Source: Nitrospirota bacterium (GTDB lineage: Bacteria; Nitrospirota; UBA9217). From it: a stretch of 64,000 nt of DNA. Location: contig CAVUCU010000004.1 of the NCBI GenBank assembly GCA_963740085.1, forward strand, positions 672,001 to 736,000, in the 5' to 3' direction. Shown piece after piece: positions 51,396 to 60,893 of the stretch. The notes under the pieces are model-generated. The model saw nothing but the letters and a program-made list of their open reading frames with translations, ran no database searches and was not told the origin of the DNA. Both the position numbers and the translations under genes were made by a program. How positions within the stretch are numbered: the first letter of the stretch is position 1; every line of letters starts with the position of its first letter.

Positions 51396-53837
51396 ATGAT
51401 GTTCGAAAAATTCACGGAACGAGGAAGAAAAGTAATCGTCTACGCTCGGGAAGAGGCGGAGCGGCTCCAGAACGATTACCTGGGAACGGAGCACGTCCTT
51501 CTTGGCACGCTCCGCGAAGAAGACGGTATTCCCGTGGCAGTACTTCGCAAGATGGGCATTGATGTCGACCAGATCCGCATGGAGGTGGAGAGAAATCTTC
51601 CTTCGAGCGGGAACACCCTCACCTTCGGCGACATTCCCTTCACTCCCCGGGCAAAGAAAGTCCTTGAATATGCCGTTGAGGAAGCGCGGCTCCTCGGGCA
51701 TAACTATATCGGCAGTGAGCACCTGCTCCTCGGGCTGATCCGTGAGGAGGAAGGCATCGGCGGCAAGATCCTTCGCAGTTTCGGCGTGAACCTGCTCGGC
51801 TCCCGCCAACTGGTCATCAACTACCTTCGTCGTGCGGCGACCCAGGTGAGCGCGAAAAAGAGCCCTACCCCGGCCCTCGACGAATTCAGCAGAGATCTTA
51901 CTCAACTGGCCAGGATCGGCAAACTCGATCCGGTCATCGGACGGGACCAGGAAATTGAGCGTGTTCTTCATATCCTCTCCCGCAGGACCAAGAACAACCC
52001 CGTCATTATCGGCGAGCCCGGCATCGGCAAGACGGCGATCGTCGAGGGGCTTGCTCAGCGGATCGTCAATTCAGACGTTCCGGAGAACATCCTGAACCGT
52101 CGCGTGGTATCACTCGACCTGGGCGCCCTGATCGCGGGCACCAAATATCGCGGCCAGTTCGAGGAACGGCTCAAGATCGTCATGAAGGAGATCGTCCAGG
52201 CTGATAACATCATCCTGTTCATAGATGAGTTGCACACCCTGGTGGGCGCGGGAGCCGCTGAAGGATCCATCGATGCGTCGAGCATGCTGAAGCCGGCCCT
52301 GGCGCGCGGCGAGGTCCATTGCATCGGGGCAACCACGCTTGACGAGTTCCGAAAGCACATCGAGAAGGACGGCGCCCTCAAACGGCGGTTCCAGCCGATC
52401 TACGTTCAGCCGCCCAGTGTTGATGAGACCATCAACATCATCAAGGGCCTCCGGTCAAAGTACGAATCACATCATAAGATCAAGATCACTGATGAGGCCG
52501 TTGTCGCTTCCGCACAACTCTCGGAGCGCTACATGACGGACCGGTTCCTTCCGGATAAGGCCATTGACGTGATCGATGAGGCGGGAGCGAAGGCGAAACT
52601 CAAACGCTACACTTGTCCCTCCGAGATGAAGGTCATAGAGAAGAAGCTTAAAAAACTCGAACAGGAAAAGAACCTTTTCTCGCGGATCAAGGACTACGTG
52701 CGGGTGGAGTCTATCCAGGAAGAGGAAGACCGGCTGCGCGAAACGCTCGAAGGCATTCACAAGGACTGGAAGGACGACCAGGAGAAGAACATCCCCGTTG
52801 TCGATGAAGAGGACATCGCGCTGATCGTGTCGCATATCACCGGAATTCCCCTTTCGCGGCTCGAGGAAAAAGAGGCCTCCCGGCTTCTCCGAATGGAAGA
52901 AGAGATCCACAAGAGGATCGTGGGCCAGGACGCGGCGATCGAGGCGGTGTCCCGTGCCATTCGACGCTCACGGGTCGGGCTCAAGACCCGCAAACAGCCC
53001 ATCGGCTCGTTCATCTTCCTCGGCCCCACCGGCGTCGGCAAGACCGAACTCGCCAGGTCGCTCGCTCAGTTCCTGTTCGACACCGAAGACGCGCTCATTC
53101 GCGTCGACATGTCGGAATATATGGAAAAGTTCAGTTCATCCCGGCTCGTTGGTTCGCCTCCGGGGTATGTCGGGTATGATGACGGCGGGCAGTTGACGGA
53201 AAAGATCAGGCGCCGCCCCTACTCGGTCGTGCTCTTTGACGAGATCGAGAAGGCCCACCCGGACATCTTTAACATGCTTCTCCAGGTCCTGGACGACGGC
53301 TTCATGACGGACAGCTTTGGCAGAAAAGTGGATTTCCGCAATACCATCATCATTATGACATCGAACCTCGGCGCCAGGATGATCGATAAGGATACGACGA
53401 TGGGTTTCCAGCAGGCAAGCGCCAGGACGCAATATGATAAGATGAAGGACAACGTCACTTCGGAACTGAAGAGGGCGTTCAACCCCGAGTTCCTCAACAG
53501 GATCGACGACGTGGTCGTCTTCCATCCGCTCACCAACGAGCACCTCATCAAGATCGTGGACATGCTGGTCCTTGAGCTGAACAACCAGATGGTGCATGAC
53601 CGGAACATCGAGCTCGAGGTAAGCCAGGAAGTGAAGGAGTGGCTCATTCGGGAAAACTTCCAGCCCACCTACGGTGCGAGGCCCATGCGCCGGGCGATCC
53701 AGAAATATCTCGCGGATCCGCTTTCCGAGGACATCCTGAGAGGACGCTTTAAGGACGTGCACAAGGTGCTGGTGACGCTCAAGGACGGCGCGGCTGATTT
53801 TCGGGAAGTGGAGTCCGTCGTGCTTGCCAACGTCTGA
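51396..53837 (+). CDS. clpC: ATP-dependent Clp protease ATPase subunit
   Basis: MFEKFTER, double Clp-N domain, [16 protein letters not shown], short middle domain, GARPMRR. Confidence 0.95.
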   Translation: MMFEKFTERGRKVIVYAREEAERLQNDYLGTEHVLLGTLREEDGIPVAVLRKMGIDVDQIRMEVERNLPSSGNTLTFGDIPFTPRAKKVLEYAVEEARLLGHNYIGSEHLLLGLIREEEGIGGKILRSFGVNLLGSRQLVINYLRRAATQVSAKKSPTPALDEFSRDLTQLARIGKLDPVIGRDQEIERVLHILSRRTKNNPVIIGEPGIGKTAIVEGLAQRIVNSDVPENILNRRVVSLDLGALIAGTKYRGQFEERLKIVMKEIVQADNIILFIDELHTLVGAGAAEGSIDASSMLKPALARGEVHCIGATTLDEFRKHIEKDGALKRRFQPIYVQPPSVDETINIIKGLRSKYESHHKIKITDEAVVASAQLSERYMTDRFLPDKAIDVIDEAGAKAKLKRYTCPSEMKVIEKKLKKLEQEKNLFSRIKDYVRVESIQEEEDRLRETLEGIHKDWKDDQEKNIPVVDEEDIALIVSHITGIPLSRLEEKEASRLLRMEEEIHKRIVGQDAAIEAVSRAIRRSRVGLKTRKQPIGSFIFLGPTGVGKTELARSLAQFLFDTEDALIRVDMSEYMEKFSSSRLVGSPPGYVGYDDGGQLTEKIRRRPYSVVLFDEIEKAHPDIFNMLLQVLDDGFMTDSFGRKVDFRNTIIIMTSNLGARMIDKDTTMGFQQASARTQYDKMKDNVTSELKRAFNPEFLNRIDDVVVFHPLTNEHLIKIVDMLVLELNNQMVHDRNIELEVSQEVKEWLIRENFQPTYGARPMRRAIQKYLADPLSEDILRGRFKDVHKVLVTLKDGAADFREVESVVLANV

Positions 53838-53876
53838 TCGGAAAAGAGAGCATCCCGCCTGGTCCGCCTGAAAATG

Positions 53877-53903
53877 CCCGGGGGAGCTTAACGTTTCACC
53901 GGG
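53877..53903. terminator. Possible terminator hairpin between convergent clpC and the hypothetical gene
   Basis: CCCGGGGGAGC-TTAAC-GTTTCACCGGG, imperfect stem. Confidence 0.3.
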
Positions 53904-54008
53904 TTATCTCTTCTGTTCTTCAACACCGTCATTCTGCGCAAGTCTCACTGAAATGCTCCTGACCATTCGCAATCCAAACTCCGACCTGAACTTTTCGGCC
54001 GGGTTTCC

Positions 54009-55376
54009 TTATGTTCCCTGACTGCGAACCATCTCCTTCAGCTGGAGTATCCGCTCCCGTATCTTGACAAGCTTGCTGAATCCCAACTCGCCCACATAGG
54101 GGGCCATCGCTATCATGATCTTGCTTGAGGTCAATTTCTCCTTCGGGATCTTTTTCAGCACTTCCGTGACGATCTCCTTGATCCTCTTGTCATTCAGCAT
54201 GTCCCCGAGGTCGCGTGCCACCCCTGTTCCTGCTGCTGTCGCTGACGTGATCCGCTCGTTCAATGCCGCCTTGTACTGCGGATCGATCATGCCGGTATAT
54301 TCATAATAATCGAGCGCTTTTCGTATCTCCCGCGGGGGCGTACTCATCTTCAGGATATGGCCAATGATCGCCTGGGTGTCCTTGTTGAATACGGCATCGT
54401 AGGGCAGGATCCCCTTGTCCATCTCCTGCCGCCGGTCGATGACGATCTCAACTTCGTCCGCCATGAGCCCGAGATCATCCTCCGTCCTGCCTTTGAGCTC
54501 TTCAGGATATTTGACCAGGGCGATCAGGTGGTTATGGAACTCCTTCATCGAACAGGGAGTTCCGTCTTTTTTTGTTACCCGGAACTTATCCAGCATCCTC
54601 CTGAACGCCGACGGGTCATCGTCGCTCCGTTGAACCAGAAAGGTGAATTCCAGCCGGTTCAGCTCCTCGATCGGCCGGAACCTCTCCCGCGCCGTCAGGA
54701 GAACCTCGATCCCGCTTCGTGCATGTCTGTACCGCATGCCCGGAAAGTCCTCGGCATCGATCCAGTTGTCGGGGTTGTCGACCAGGCTGGGAACAAAACC
54801 GAGATCGACCAGCGCATCGATGTTCTGCAGGCCCCGGATCATGACCGTTGTTCCGCTTTTCGCCTTTTCCACGGTCTCCAGGACGGTCTCGATCCTGCAC
54901 TCGCGGGATATCATTGCCTCCGCCTCGGTCTTTTCGGAGATCATCCTTCTTTCTTCCCGCTGGTATTCACGAGCAACGTTCGTGTAGACCTCACGCAGCA
55001 TGAGACTTCCGAACATCAGATCGGAGAGCGGCATTACGTTGGTCTGGAGAAGATCGTCCAATGACGGCATATAGGGCGTTATGACGATCACGGACCCGCC
55101 GAGCGTTCCTCGTGTCTTGACAACACTGAAAAGGGACTCGTCACCGAACTTCAGGATGTCTCGTTTCCCTTTGCCGAGGACCTGATAGCCGACCGTCCCG
55201 TTCCTCTTGTCCACCTGTCCGTTTGTCAGCTCATACACTATCTGGGAGAACTCTTCCGGGGTGCCTCGAATGGGCCCGCATATCCCGGCCCGATCCGTTA
55301 AGAGCTGCAGCAGCGGATTTTGTTTGAAGCCGCCGAATAACTTCGTCCGTATCCGTTCGTATATGTCCTGGGTCAT
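54009..55376 (-). CDS. Hypothetical soluble protein, 455 aa
   Basis: Long ORF, AAGGAA RBS, host-like GC3-rich codons, no motif recognised. Confidence 0.8.
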   Translation of the reverse strand: MTQDIYERIRTKLFGGFKQNPLLQLLTDRAGICGPIRGTPEEFSQIVYELTNGQVDKRNGTVGYQVLGKGKRDILKFGDESLFSVVKTRGTLGGSVIVITPYMPSLDDLLQTNVMPLSDLMFGSLMLREVYTNVAREYQREERRMISEKTEAEAMISRECRIETVLETVEKAKSGTTVMIRGLQNIDALVDLGFVPSLVDNPDNWIDAEDFPGMRYRHARSGIEVLLTARERFRPIEELNRLEFTFLVQRSDDDPSAFRRMLDKFRVTKKDGTPCSMKEFHNHLIALVKYPEELKGRTEDDLGLMADEVEIVIDRRQEMDKGILPYDAVFNKDTQAIIGHILKMSTPPREIRKALDYYEYTGMIDPQYKAALNERITSATAAGTGVARDLGDMLNDKRIKEIVTEVLKKIPKEKLTSSKIMIAMAPYVGELGFSKLVKIRERILQLKEMVRSQGT

Positions 55377-55459
55377 GTCTGTTCCTTATGTCTGGAGCGT
55401 CGTGGAACGAGAGATAAAACCTCTTCAAAAGAGTTTCAGTCGAACCGCAAGAAATGGCA

Positions 55460-56200
55460 CTAAAGATTCCCCGGGGCTTGAAGTTCCTTCATCACGCTCT
55501 CTCTGATGATTTCACGGATCAGCGCGAGATCCGCCTCGCTTATCTGAGTGAATTTCATTCCCATCCCGGGGACCGTATACTGTCCCCCGGCCTTCTTCGT
55601 ACTGAAAAGGACGAGCGCAGTCGCCTCGATCTCCCGGTCGCCCAGGATAAGGGTAAGCGGAACAAGGGCGTTGACCGGCAACGGGTCAGGCGTCTTCACG
55701 TACAGACCTCCTTCGGAAAGACTGGTCACCTCTTCGATCCTGGTTTGGCCGCCTGCAGCCGGTCCCGTCTCCAGCCGGGCCTTGAACGAGGTATTGATGC
55801 GGATATTCTGACGCGGAGTTGTTTCAGAAGCGGATTGAATCGCGCGGAAAAGCGCATCGGGGTCGACGGGTTTTGTGAAAAAACCGGCGCAGCCGGCCCG
55901 CGTGCAGGCTTCCCTGTTCGCTGCGTTTTTGTCCGCGGTATTGATCATGACCGGGATGAATCGAAGGCTCGCATTGTTCTTGATCTGTTTCAGAAGGTCA
56001 AGACCGCTCATCTTCGGCAGGACGATATCCGTGATCACGACAGTAGGCGCGGAACGGGCTATCTTTTCCAGCGCGTCTTCGCCGCTGGAAACAGACTGGA
56101 CTGCATACCGAAGCTCCCTCAGCAGCGATGCAATGTAGAAAATGGACGAGGGGCTTTTGTCCACAACCAGGATCGTGCGTTTCTCCGGCTCCATATTCAC
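55460..56200 (-). CDS. Response regulator receiver fused to a PilZ domain
   Basis: ILVVD, ITDIVLPKMSG, FTKP; PilZ RQNIR and SLSEGG; GAGGTG RBS. Confidence 0.88.
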   Translation of the reverse strand: MNMEPEKRTILVVDKSPSSIFYIASLLRELRYAVQSVSSGEDALEKIARSAPTVVITDIVLPKMSGLDLLKQIKNNASLRFIPVMINTADKNAANREACTRAGCAGFFTKPVDPDALFRAIQSASETTPRQNIRINTSFKARLETGPAAGGQTRIEEVTSLSEGGLYVKTPDPLPVNALVPLTLILGDREIEATALVLFSTKKAGGQYTVPGMGMKFTQISEADLALIREIIRESVMKELQAPGNL

Positions 56201-56388
56201 CTCACGATTTGTGTATCAAAAAACGTTGAGAACCGTTGGTATTGTGATAAAAGGCAACGGCGTATCCCATTGCGGGGCGGGGCGAGTCATGCCGGGACGG
56301 TAGCATACAAACAGGTGAATGTCAAAATAAAATACGTCAATTACTCTGCCGCTCATAGTACTTTACGTTATAATACGCTCAAGGGGTC

Positions 56389-56730
56389 ATGATGAGTGCA
56401 AAACCCAAAGAACCGTTTACGCCTCCTTCGATGCATGATACGATCAGGCAGGAGCTCATTGCAGCGCTGCTGGAGGGGCCCTGCTCTGCCCGGGAGCTGT
56501 CGGCGGCAGCCGGGACGCCGGAGCGCGAGGTGCCGGTCCATCTTGAACATGTCAGAAGATCGATTACACCGTCAGGACAGCGTCTGACCGTTGTCCCGGC
56601 GCAATGTAAAAAGTGCGGCTTTGTCTTTTCAAAACGCGAAAAGCTGAAGAGGCCGGGGAAGTGTCCGGTCTGCAAAGGCGAGTCGATCCGGGAACCCCGG
56701 TTCATGATCGAGCGGTGCAGGGACGATTGA
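56389..56730 (+). CDS. HTH plus Zn-ribbon predicted transcriptional regulator (COG3357-like)
   Basis: TIRQELI..SARELS..HLEHVRRS; CKKCGF and CPVCK; start may be 56431. Confidence 0.82.
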   Translation: MMSAKPKEPFTPPSMHDTIRQELIAALLEGPCSARELSAAAGTPEREVPVHLEHVRRSITPSGQRLTVVPAQCKKCGFVFSKREKLKRPGKCPVCKGESIREPRFMIERCRDD

Positions 56731-56805
56731 CTGCAAAAAAATCTGGGGATTGCCAAAAATAAAAAGACCCGACCCCCGGCTGTTTTGTTTTTGCGAACAT
56801 CGTGC

Positions 56806-56834
56806 TTGACATGCACATAAGGCGGTGGTAGGAT
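56806..56834 (+). promoter_or_regulatory. Sigma70-type promoter
   Basis: TTGACA-17 nt-TAGGAT with extended -10 TG. Confidence 0.6.
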
Positions 56835-56888
56835 TTTTCCTACAGCGCCGATGTGCTGAACTATTTTAATACAGGAGGGGTAAAGAAC

Positions 56889-57176
56889 ATGAAAAAGCGT
56901 GGGGTTATTCTGGTCCTTGTTGCGGTGATCCTTATGGTCGTTGCCGGTGTTGCATTCGCAATGGAAATGTCCGGAACCGTATCGGCAGTGGATACTGCGA
57001 AAGGAACGATGACGATCAAGAATGAGAAGGTTGACGTCGGATTTGATTGCGAGGAAGGTTCCCTGATGAAGGACGTTAAGGTTGGAGAAATGGTAACCGT
57101 CCAGTATAATGAAGTTAATGGAAAAAAGAAGGTTACGAAGATCACCCCGAAGAAAAAGGCTGCTGTCGGCTGTTGA
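56889..57176 (+). CDS. Small exported OB-fold-like protein ending in KKKAAVGC
   Basis: AGGAGG RBS, signal peptide (VAFA), GTVSAVD...VKVGEMVTVQY pattern like CusF/DUF5666 beta-barrels. Confidence 0.8.
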   Translation: MKKRGVILVLVAVILMVVAGVAFAMEMSGTVSAVDTAKGTMTIKNEKVDVGFDCEEGSLMKDVKVGEMVTVQYNEVNGKKKVTKITPKKKAAVGC

Positions 57177-57183
57177 TGAATTC

Positions 57184-57219
57184 CTGCATGGGGGCAGGCA
57201 CGAGCCTGCCCCCATGCAG
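57184..57219. terminator. Perfect 16-bp GC-rich hairpin downstream of the small exported protein
   Basis: CTGCATGGGGGCAGGC-ACGA-GCCTGCCCCCATGCAG; no U-tract immediately after it. Confidence 0.6.
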
Positions 57220-57722
57220 CCTGTTGGCGGTTTTTCTCCAGACTTTTCCCTCTCTTGTCCTTGTCCACGTTCTTGACGCAGTTTATCCCATCTAAGACCT
57301 TAAAACGTCAGATGTCCCCAATTCAATCCTGATCCGCCCCGGGTGTCCGTTACGATAGGTCTAGCCCCTACCCGCCTCCACCAATTAGTGAATTCAAGCT
57401 CTTCATGGAAGCCGTAATTGTTCCTTGCCTTCCGTCAGGCTGGATAGGCTCCCGGCCAGCCTCTTTCTGCCCCCTCTTTCCGACTTTTTGCAGATATCAT
57501 TCCGTTCTTGCCTGTTTCCCGAACAGAGTGCTATAGTATAAGAAAGAAGATTCGCGAAAAGCGGTCCCGGTGCATCGTGCGCTGCCGAATATCGGGATTT
57601 TCCCATTCATTCCACGCCTGATTTTCCGCCTATCGATCTTGAATCTACGGTGGACAAGAAGGAGGGTTGAAAGCATGCGTGAAGAAAGGGCGCTCAACCC
57701 TATTGAGTGACAGAAGAAAGGA

Positions 57723-58013
57723 ATGATCGTCATGAAAATTGAACTCATACAGAGGAAAAGATCGATCCTGATACCCGTTCTGATAGGCGGTGTCGTGGGG
57801 GCGGGGTTAGCGCTCTTGTTCGCGCCGAAATCGGGCCCCGATATCAGAAAAGACATGAAGCGGTTGGCCTTGAGCACAGGAGAGCAGGTTGCATCCGCAG
57901 TTGACAAGGGCAAGGATGTCCTCAAGGCAGGCAAAGGCGCGATAACTGCGGCAGTAGAGTCAGGCAACATAGAGTACTACGAAGGAAAAGACAAGTTCGA
58001 GCATGCTGTGTAG
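57723..58013 (+). CDS. YtxH domain-containing protein
   Basis: LIGGVVGAGLALLFAPKSG.DIR motif. Confidence 0.9.
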   Translation: MIVMKIELIQRKRSILIPVLIGGVVGAGLALLFAPKSGPDIRKDMKRLALSTGEQVASAVDKGKDVLKAGKGAITAAVESGNIEYYEGKDKFEHAV

Positions 58014-58144
58014 CAGTATGCGTTTTCGGGAGAGACGTGTTCAAGCAGGCGTATCAGGTAACGAGGCACCGGGCATTCGTCCGGTGCCTCTTCTTGTCTC
58101 ACCCGGAGGCGCAACGAACGCCCCGGAACAGCCTCGAGCTGCCC
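57950..58144 (+). repeat. Possible divergent third copy of the structured element, overlapping the ytxH 3' end
   Basis: Motifs shared in the same order: GGCAG, CATAG, AAGACAAG, GTAGCA, GGAGnGACG, TATCAGG, GAGGYAC..GGTRCCTCTTC, GAGCTGCCC. Confidence 0.5.
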
Positions 58145-58256
58145 GTTAAAGGAATGGACCGGGAATTCCATAAGGCGTAGAACCGTTTTAGGAACCGTTT
58201 CGTGTCAGGTCTTTTCTTTTGTGATCAAAAAGGGGAATATCAAAAAAGACCATACC

Positions 58257-59789
58257 CTATGATGTTTCGGGACCGCCTGTACGGCCGGATCTCAGCGGAT
58301 GCTCCGGGAGGAAGAGCACCAGCAGAAAGGCCAGGGACGTGATGACGGCGCCGACGAGGAACGTGGTGCTGATCGCGTGGCGGTAGGCCCCGATCACGAT
58401 CTCCCGCTGGGCATCCGGGAGCGCGGCGATATCCTGGATCCCCTGCTCCATGAGCGCGCGGCCTCGCTTGAGGAGTCCGGTCCCCTGTTCCATGTTCAGG
58501 TTCCGGAGCTGGGCCGTCATGAGGGCGCCGGACAGGGCAACGCCGAAGGTGCCGCCCAACTGTCGGAAGAACGCCGCTGTCGCCGTTGCCGCGCCCTGCT
58601 CGCGGGCGCCCACCGCGTTCTGCAGGGCGACGACGAGATTGGGCATGACCAGGCCGAAGCCGCACCCGAGAACGACGAGCGATGCCTCTATCACGCCGAT
58701 ACCCGCGTTCGACGCGGCCGCCCACATCACGACGATAAAGGAAAGCGAGGCGCAGCCCAGGCCGACGACGGGGTATATCTTGTACTTGCCGGTCCGGGAA
58801 ACGAGACGACCGCCGATAAAGGACGTCGCGATCAGCCCGCCGGTCATGGGCGCAAGCATGAGCCCGGCCCTGGCGGGCACCATGCCCATGACGAGCTGGA
58901 AGAAGAGGGGCAGGAATACGAAAGCGCCGAAGATCCCCATGAAGGCGAGCCCCATCACCGCAGAAGCGATCACCACGGTCCTGTTGTGGAAGATGTGCGG
59001 CGAGAGCACCGGCTCCAGAGAACGCCGCTCCGTACGGATGAGAAGAACAATGAGCACCACGGATGCCATGGCAAGCCCGATAATCAGCGGGGACGACCAC
59101 GGGAACTGCACGCCGCCCCAGGACAGGACAAGGAGCAGGGCCACGGTGGCCGAGGTGAGAAGCGCAACCGCCGTGTAATCGATGCGGTGCTGGACCTTGT
59201 GATGGGGCCTGTGGAACCCTAAGGCGATCATGGCAAGGGCCGGAATACCCACGGGCACATTCACGTAGAAGATCCAGCGCCACGACAACGCGCTCGTGAT
59301 GAACCCTCCCAGGAGCGGTCCGGCAATGCTCGAGAATGCGAAGACCGCGCCGAAGAGCCCCTGGTAGCGGCCGCGCTCGCGGGGCGCCACCAGGTCTGCG
59401 ATCGTGGTCTGGGCGAGTACCATAAGGCCGCCCGCCCCCATGCCCTGGATGCCGCGGAAGACCACGAGCTCGGTCATAGAGCGGGACAGGCCGCAGAGGC
59501 AGGAGCCGGTCAGGAATATGGCGATCGCGATGATAAAGAGCGGCTTTCTGCCGTACATGTCCGAGAGCTTTCCGTAGAGCGGCGTCGTTGCCGTCGAGGT
59601 CACGAGAAAGGACGTGATGACCCACGACAGATGATTAAGACCGCCCAGCTCGCTCACGATCTGCGGCAAGGCCACACCCACGATGTTCTGGTCGAGCGAC
59701 GCCAGTGCGAGCGCCAGCATCAGGCCGCCGAACACGATCCGGACCTCGCGGGGCGTCGGCGGCGCTGTTTCATGAAGTTCAGAAGACAT
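58257..59789 (-). CDS. MFS drug:H+ antiporter, DHA2 (EmrB/QacA) family
   Basis: LDQNIV, WVITSFL, YGKLSDMYGRK, RGIQGMGAGG, WRWIFYVNVP; 14-TM pattern. Confidence 0.93.
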   Translation of the reverse strand: MSSELHETAPPTPREVRIVFGGLMLALALASLDQNIVGVALPQIVSELGGLNHLSWVITSFLVTSTATTPLYGKLSDMYGRKPLFIIAIAIFLTGSCLCGLSRSMTELVVFRGIQGMGAGGLMVLAQTTIADLVAPRERGRYQGLFGAVFAFSSIAGPLLGGFITSALSWRWIFYVNVPVGIPALAMIALGFHRPHHKVQHRIDYTAVALLTSATVALLLVLSWGGVQFPWSSPLIIGLAMASVVLIVLLIRTERRSLEPVLSPHIFHNRTVVIASAVMGLAFMGIFGAFVFLPLFFQLVMGMVPARAGLMLAPMTGGLIATSFIGGRLVSRTGKYKIYPVVGLGCASLSFIVVMWAAASNAGIGVIEASLVVLGCGFGLVMPNLVVALQNAVGAREQGAATATAAFFRQLGGTFGVALSGALMTAQLRNLNMEQGTGLLKRGRALMEQGIQDIAALPDAQREIVIGAYRHAISTTFLVGAVITSLAFLLVLFLPEHPLRSGRTGGPETS

Positions 59790-59798
59790 GATCGAGGA

Positions 59799-59826
59799 AG
59801 TATAAGGGGCTGCGTTCTTTTGTCAA
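59799..59826 (-). promoter_or_regulatory. Sigma70-type promoter of the MFS gene with a very short leader
   Basis: Minus strand TTGACA-16 nt-TATACT, ending 9 nt before the ATG. Confidence 0.55.
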
Positions 59827-59876
59827 GGGAGAATTTTCGAAGTGCGCTTTATCTCCGGGAGGTGTCCGGTTTTCCG

Positions 59877-60746
59877 CTACTTCTTCTCATTCAAAATCTT
59901 ATACACTGCCGAGAAATCCTGTTCACCCAGGCCGTTCCGGACGGCGAGGGCATAGATCTCTTTCACCACGTTTGCCGCGGGTATGGCCACTCCCGCTTCG
60001 TATGCCGTATCGGCAGCAAGCTGCAGGTCCTTGTGCATCCACTGGAGCGGGAATTCGGCATCGAACGTCCCTGTCTCGATCTTCCCCCGTTTGAACGCAA
60101 GGAACGGTGCTGCGACCGGCGAGCCCAGGATCGTGTCGAACAGCATGTCCTTTGAAATGCCGAGAGTTTCTCCGAAAACCGCGGCTTCGGAGAACGCGAG
60201 CATTGCCTGGGCAAGAATAAGATTATTCACCATCTTCATCGATGAGCCCATGCCGTGGCCGCCGATATGATACACGGCTTTCCCCATGGCATCGAGAAGC
60301 GGCCGCGCCTCTTCCACGTCCCCGCTCTCGCCTCCTACGAAGAACAGGAGCTGTCCCTGCTCGGCCGGACCCTTGGACCCGCCGACCGGCGCGTCGATGA
60401 ACCTGACCCTGCGTTGTTTCGCTTCGGAAGCCAAAAGCCTGGAGAAGGAAGGGTTTACCGTGCTGCAGTCGATCCAGAGAGACTTGTCGACCAGGTGGTT
60501 CAAAAAACCGTATTTCCCGAGCAGGGCTGTTTCCGCGACCGCGTCCGGTTTCGCGAGCATGGTGAAGATGATCGTCACCTGTTTTGCCACGTCCAACGGC
60601 GTGGGCGCCCAGAGCGCACCGTTCGCGACCAGCGTCTCCGCTTTCTGTTTTGTCCGATTGTAGACAACGAGCTCATGTCCCTTTTTCTGCAAATTGGCGG
60701 CCATTCGGCTGCCCATGATCCCCAGTCCGATAAAACCGATCTTCAT
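59877..60746 (-). CDS. NAD(P)-dependent beta-hydroxyacid dehydrogenase (3-hydroxyisobutyrate DH / glyoxylate reductase family)
   Basis: IGFIGLGIMG, YNRT, DAPVGGS, KMVNN, KDL. Confidence 0.92.
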   Translation of the reverse strand: MKIGFIGLGIMGSRMAANLQKKGHELVVYNRTKQKAETLVANGALWAPTPLDVAKQVTIIFTMLAKPDAVAETALLGKYGFLNHLVDKSLWIDCSTVNPSFSRLLASEAKQRRVRFIDAPVGGSKGPAEQGQLLFFVGGESGDVEEARPLLDAMGKAVYHIGGHGMGSSMKMVNNLILAQAMLAFSEAAVFGETLGISKDMLFDTILGSPVAAPFLAFKRGKIETGTFDAEFPLQWMHKDLQLAADTAYEAGVAIPAANVVKEIYALAVRNGLGEQDFSAVYKILNEKK

Positions 60747-60893
60747 AATAAATAAGCTCCTCTCCCGTTATAGAGAATACAGATACCGCACGCCCTGGCC
60801 TTCCCTTGCCGCAAAGGTTTGGTTTAATTTTACCACAGGAGAACACAGGGAGCGGGATATGGCCCATTTTTTTATCTGCCGTTCCCCTGCGAC

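Noticed and set aside
51276-51971. 231-aa ORF antisense to clpC
   Set aside because: Typical antisense shadow of a conserved Clp ATPase, with no independent motifs
56225-56310. Possible c-di-GMP riboswitch upstream of the REC-PilZ gene
   Set aside because: AAAGGCAAC resembles the start of the GEMM motif, but the GNRA/receptor hairpins and GCAAA spacing are absent and it is on the wrong strand for that gene
55454-57215. Long ORFs 55454..56392 (+) and 56379..57215 (-)
   Set aside because: Antisense to better supported genes (REC-PilZ, HTH-Zn ribbon, exported protein)
57354-57383. Functional tRNA or tmRNA gene
   Set aside because: No matching 5' acceptor strand, D-arm or TTCRA loop; kept only as a possible att remnant
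58240-59625. 461-aa alternative-frame ORF and antisense ORFs over the MFS gene
   Set aside because: Arg/Pro/Gly-rich shadow frames of a GC-rich gene
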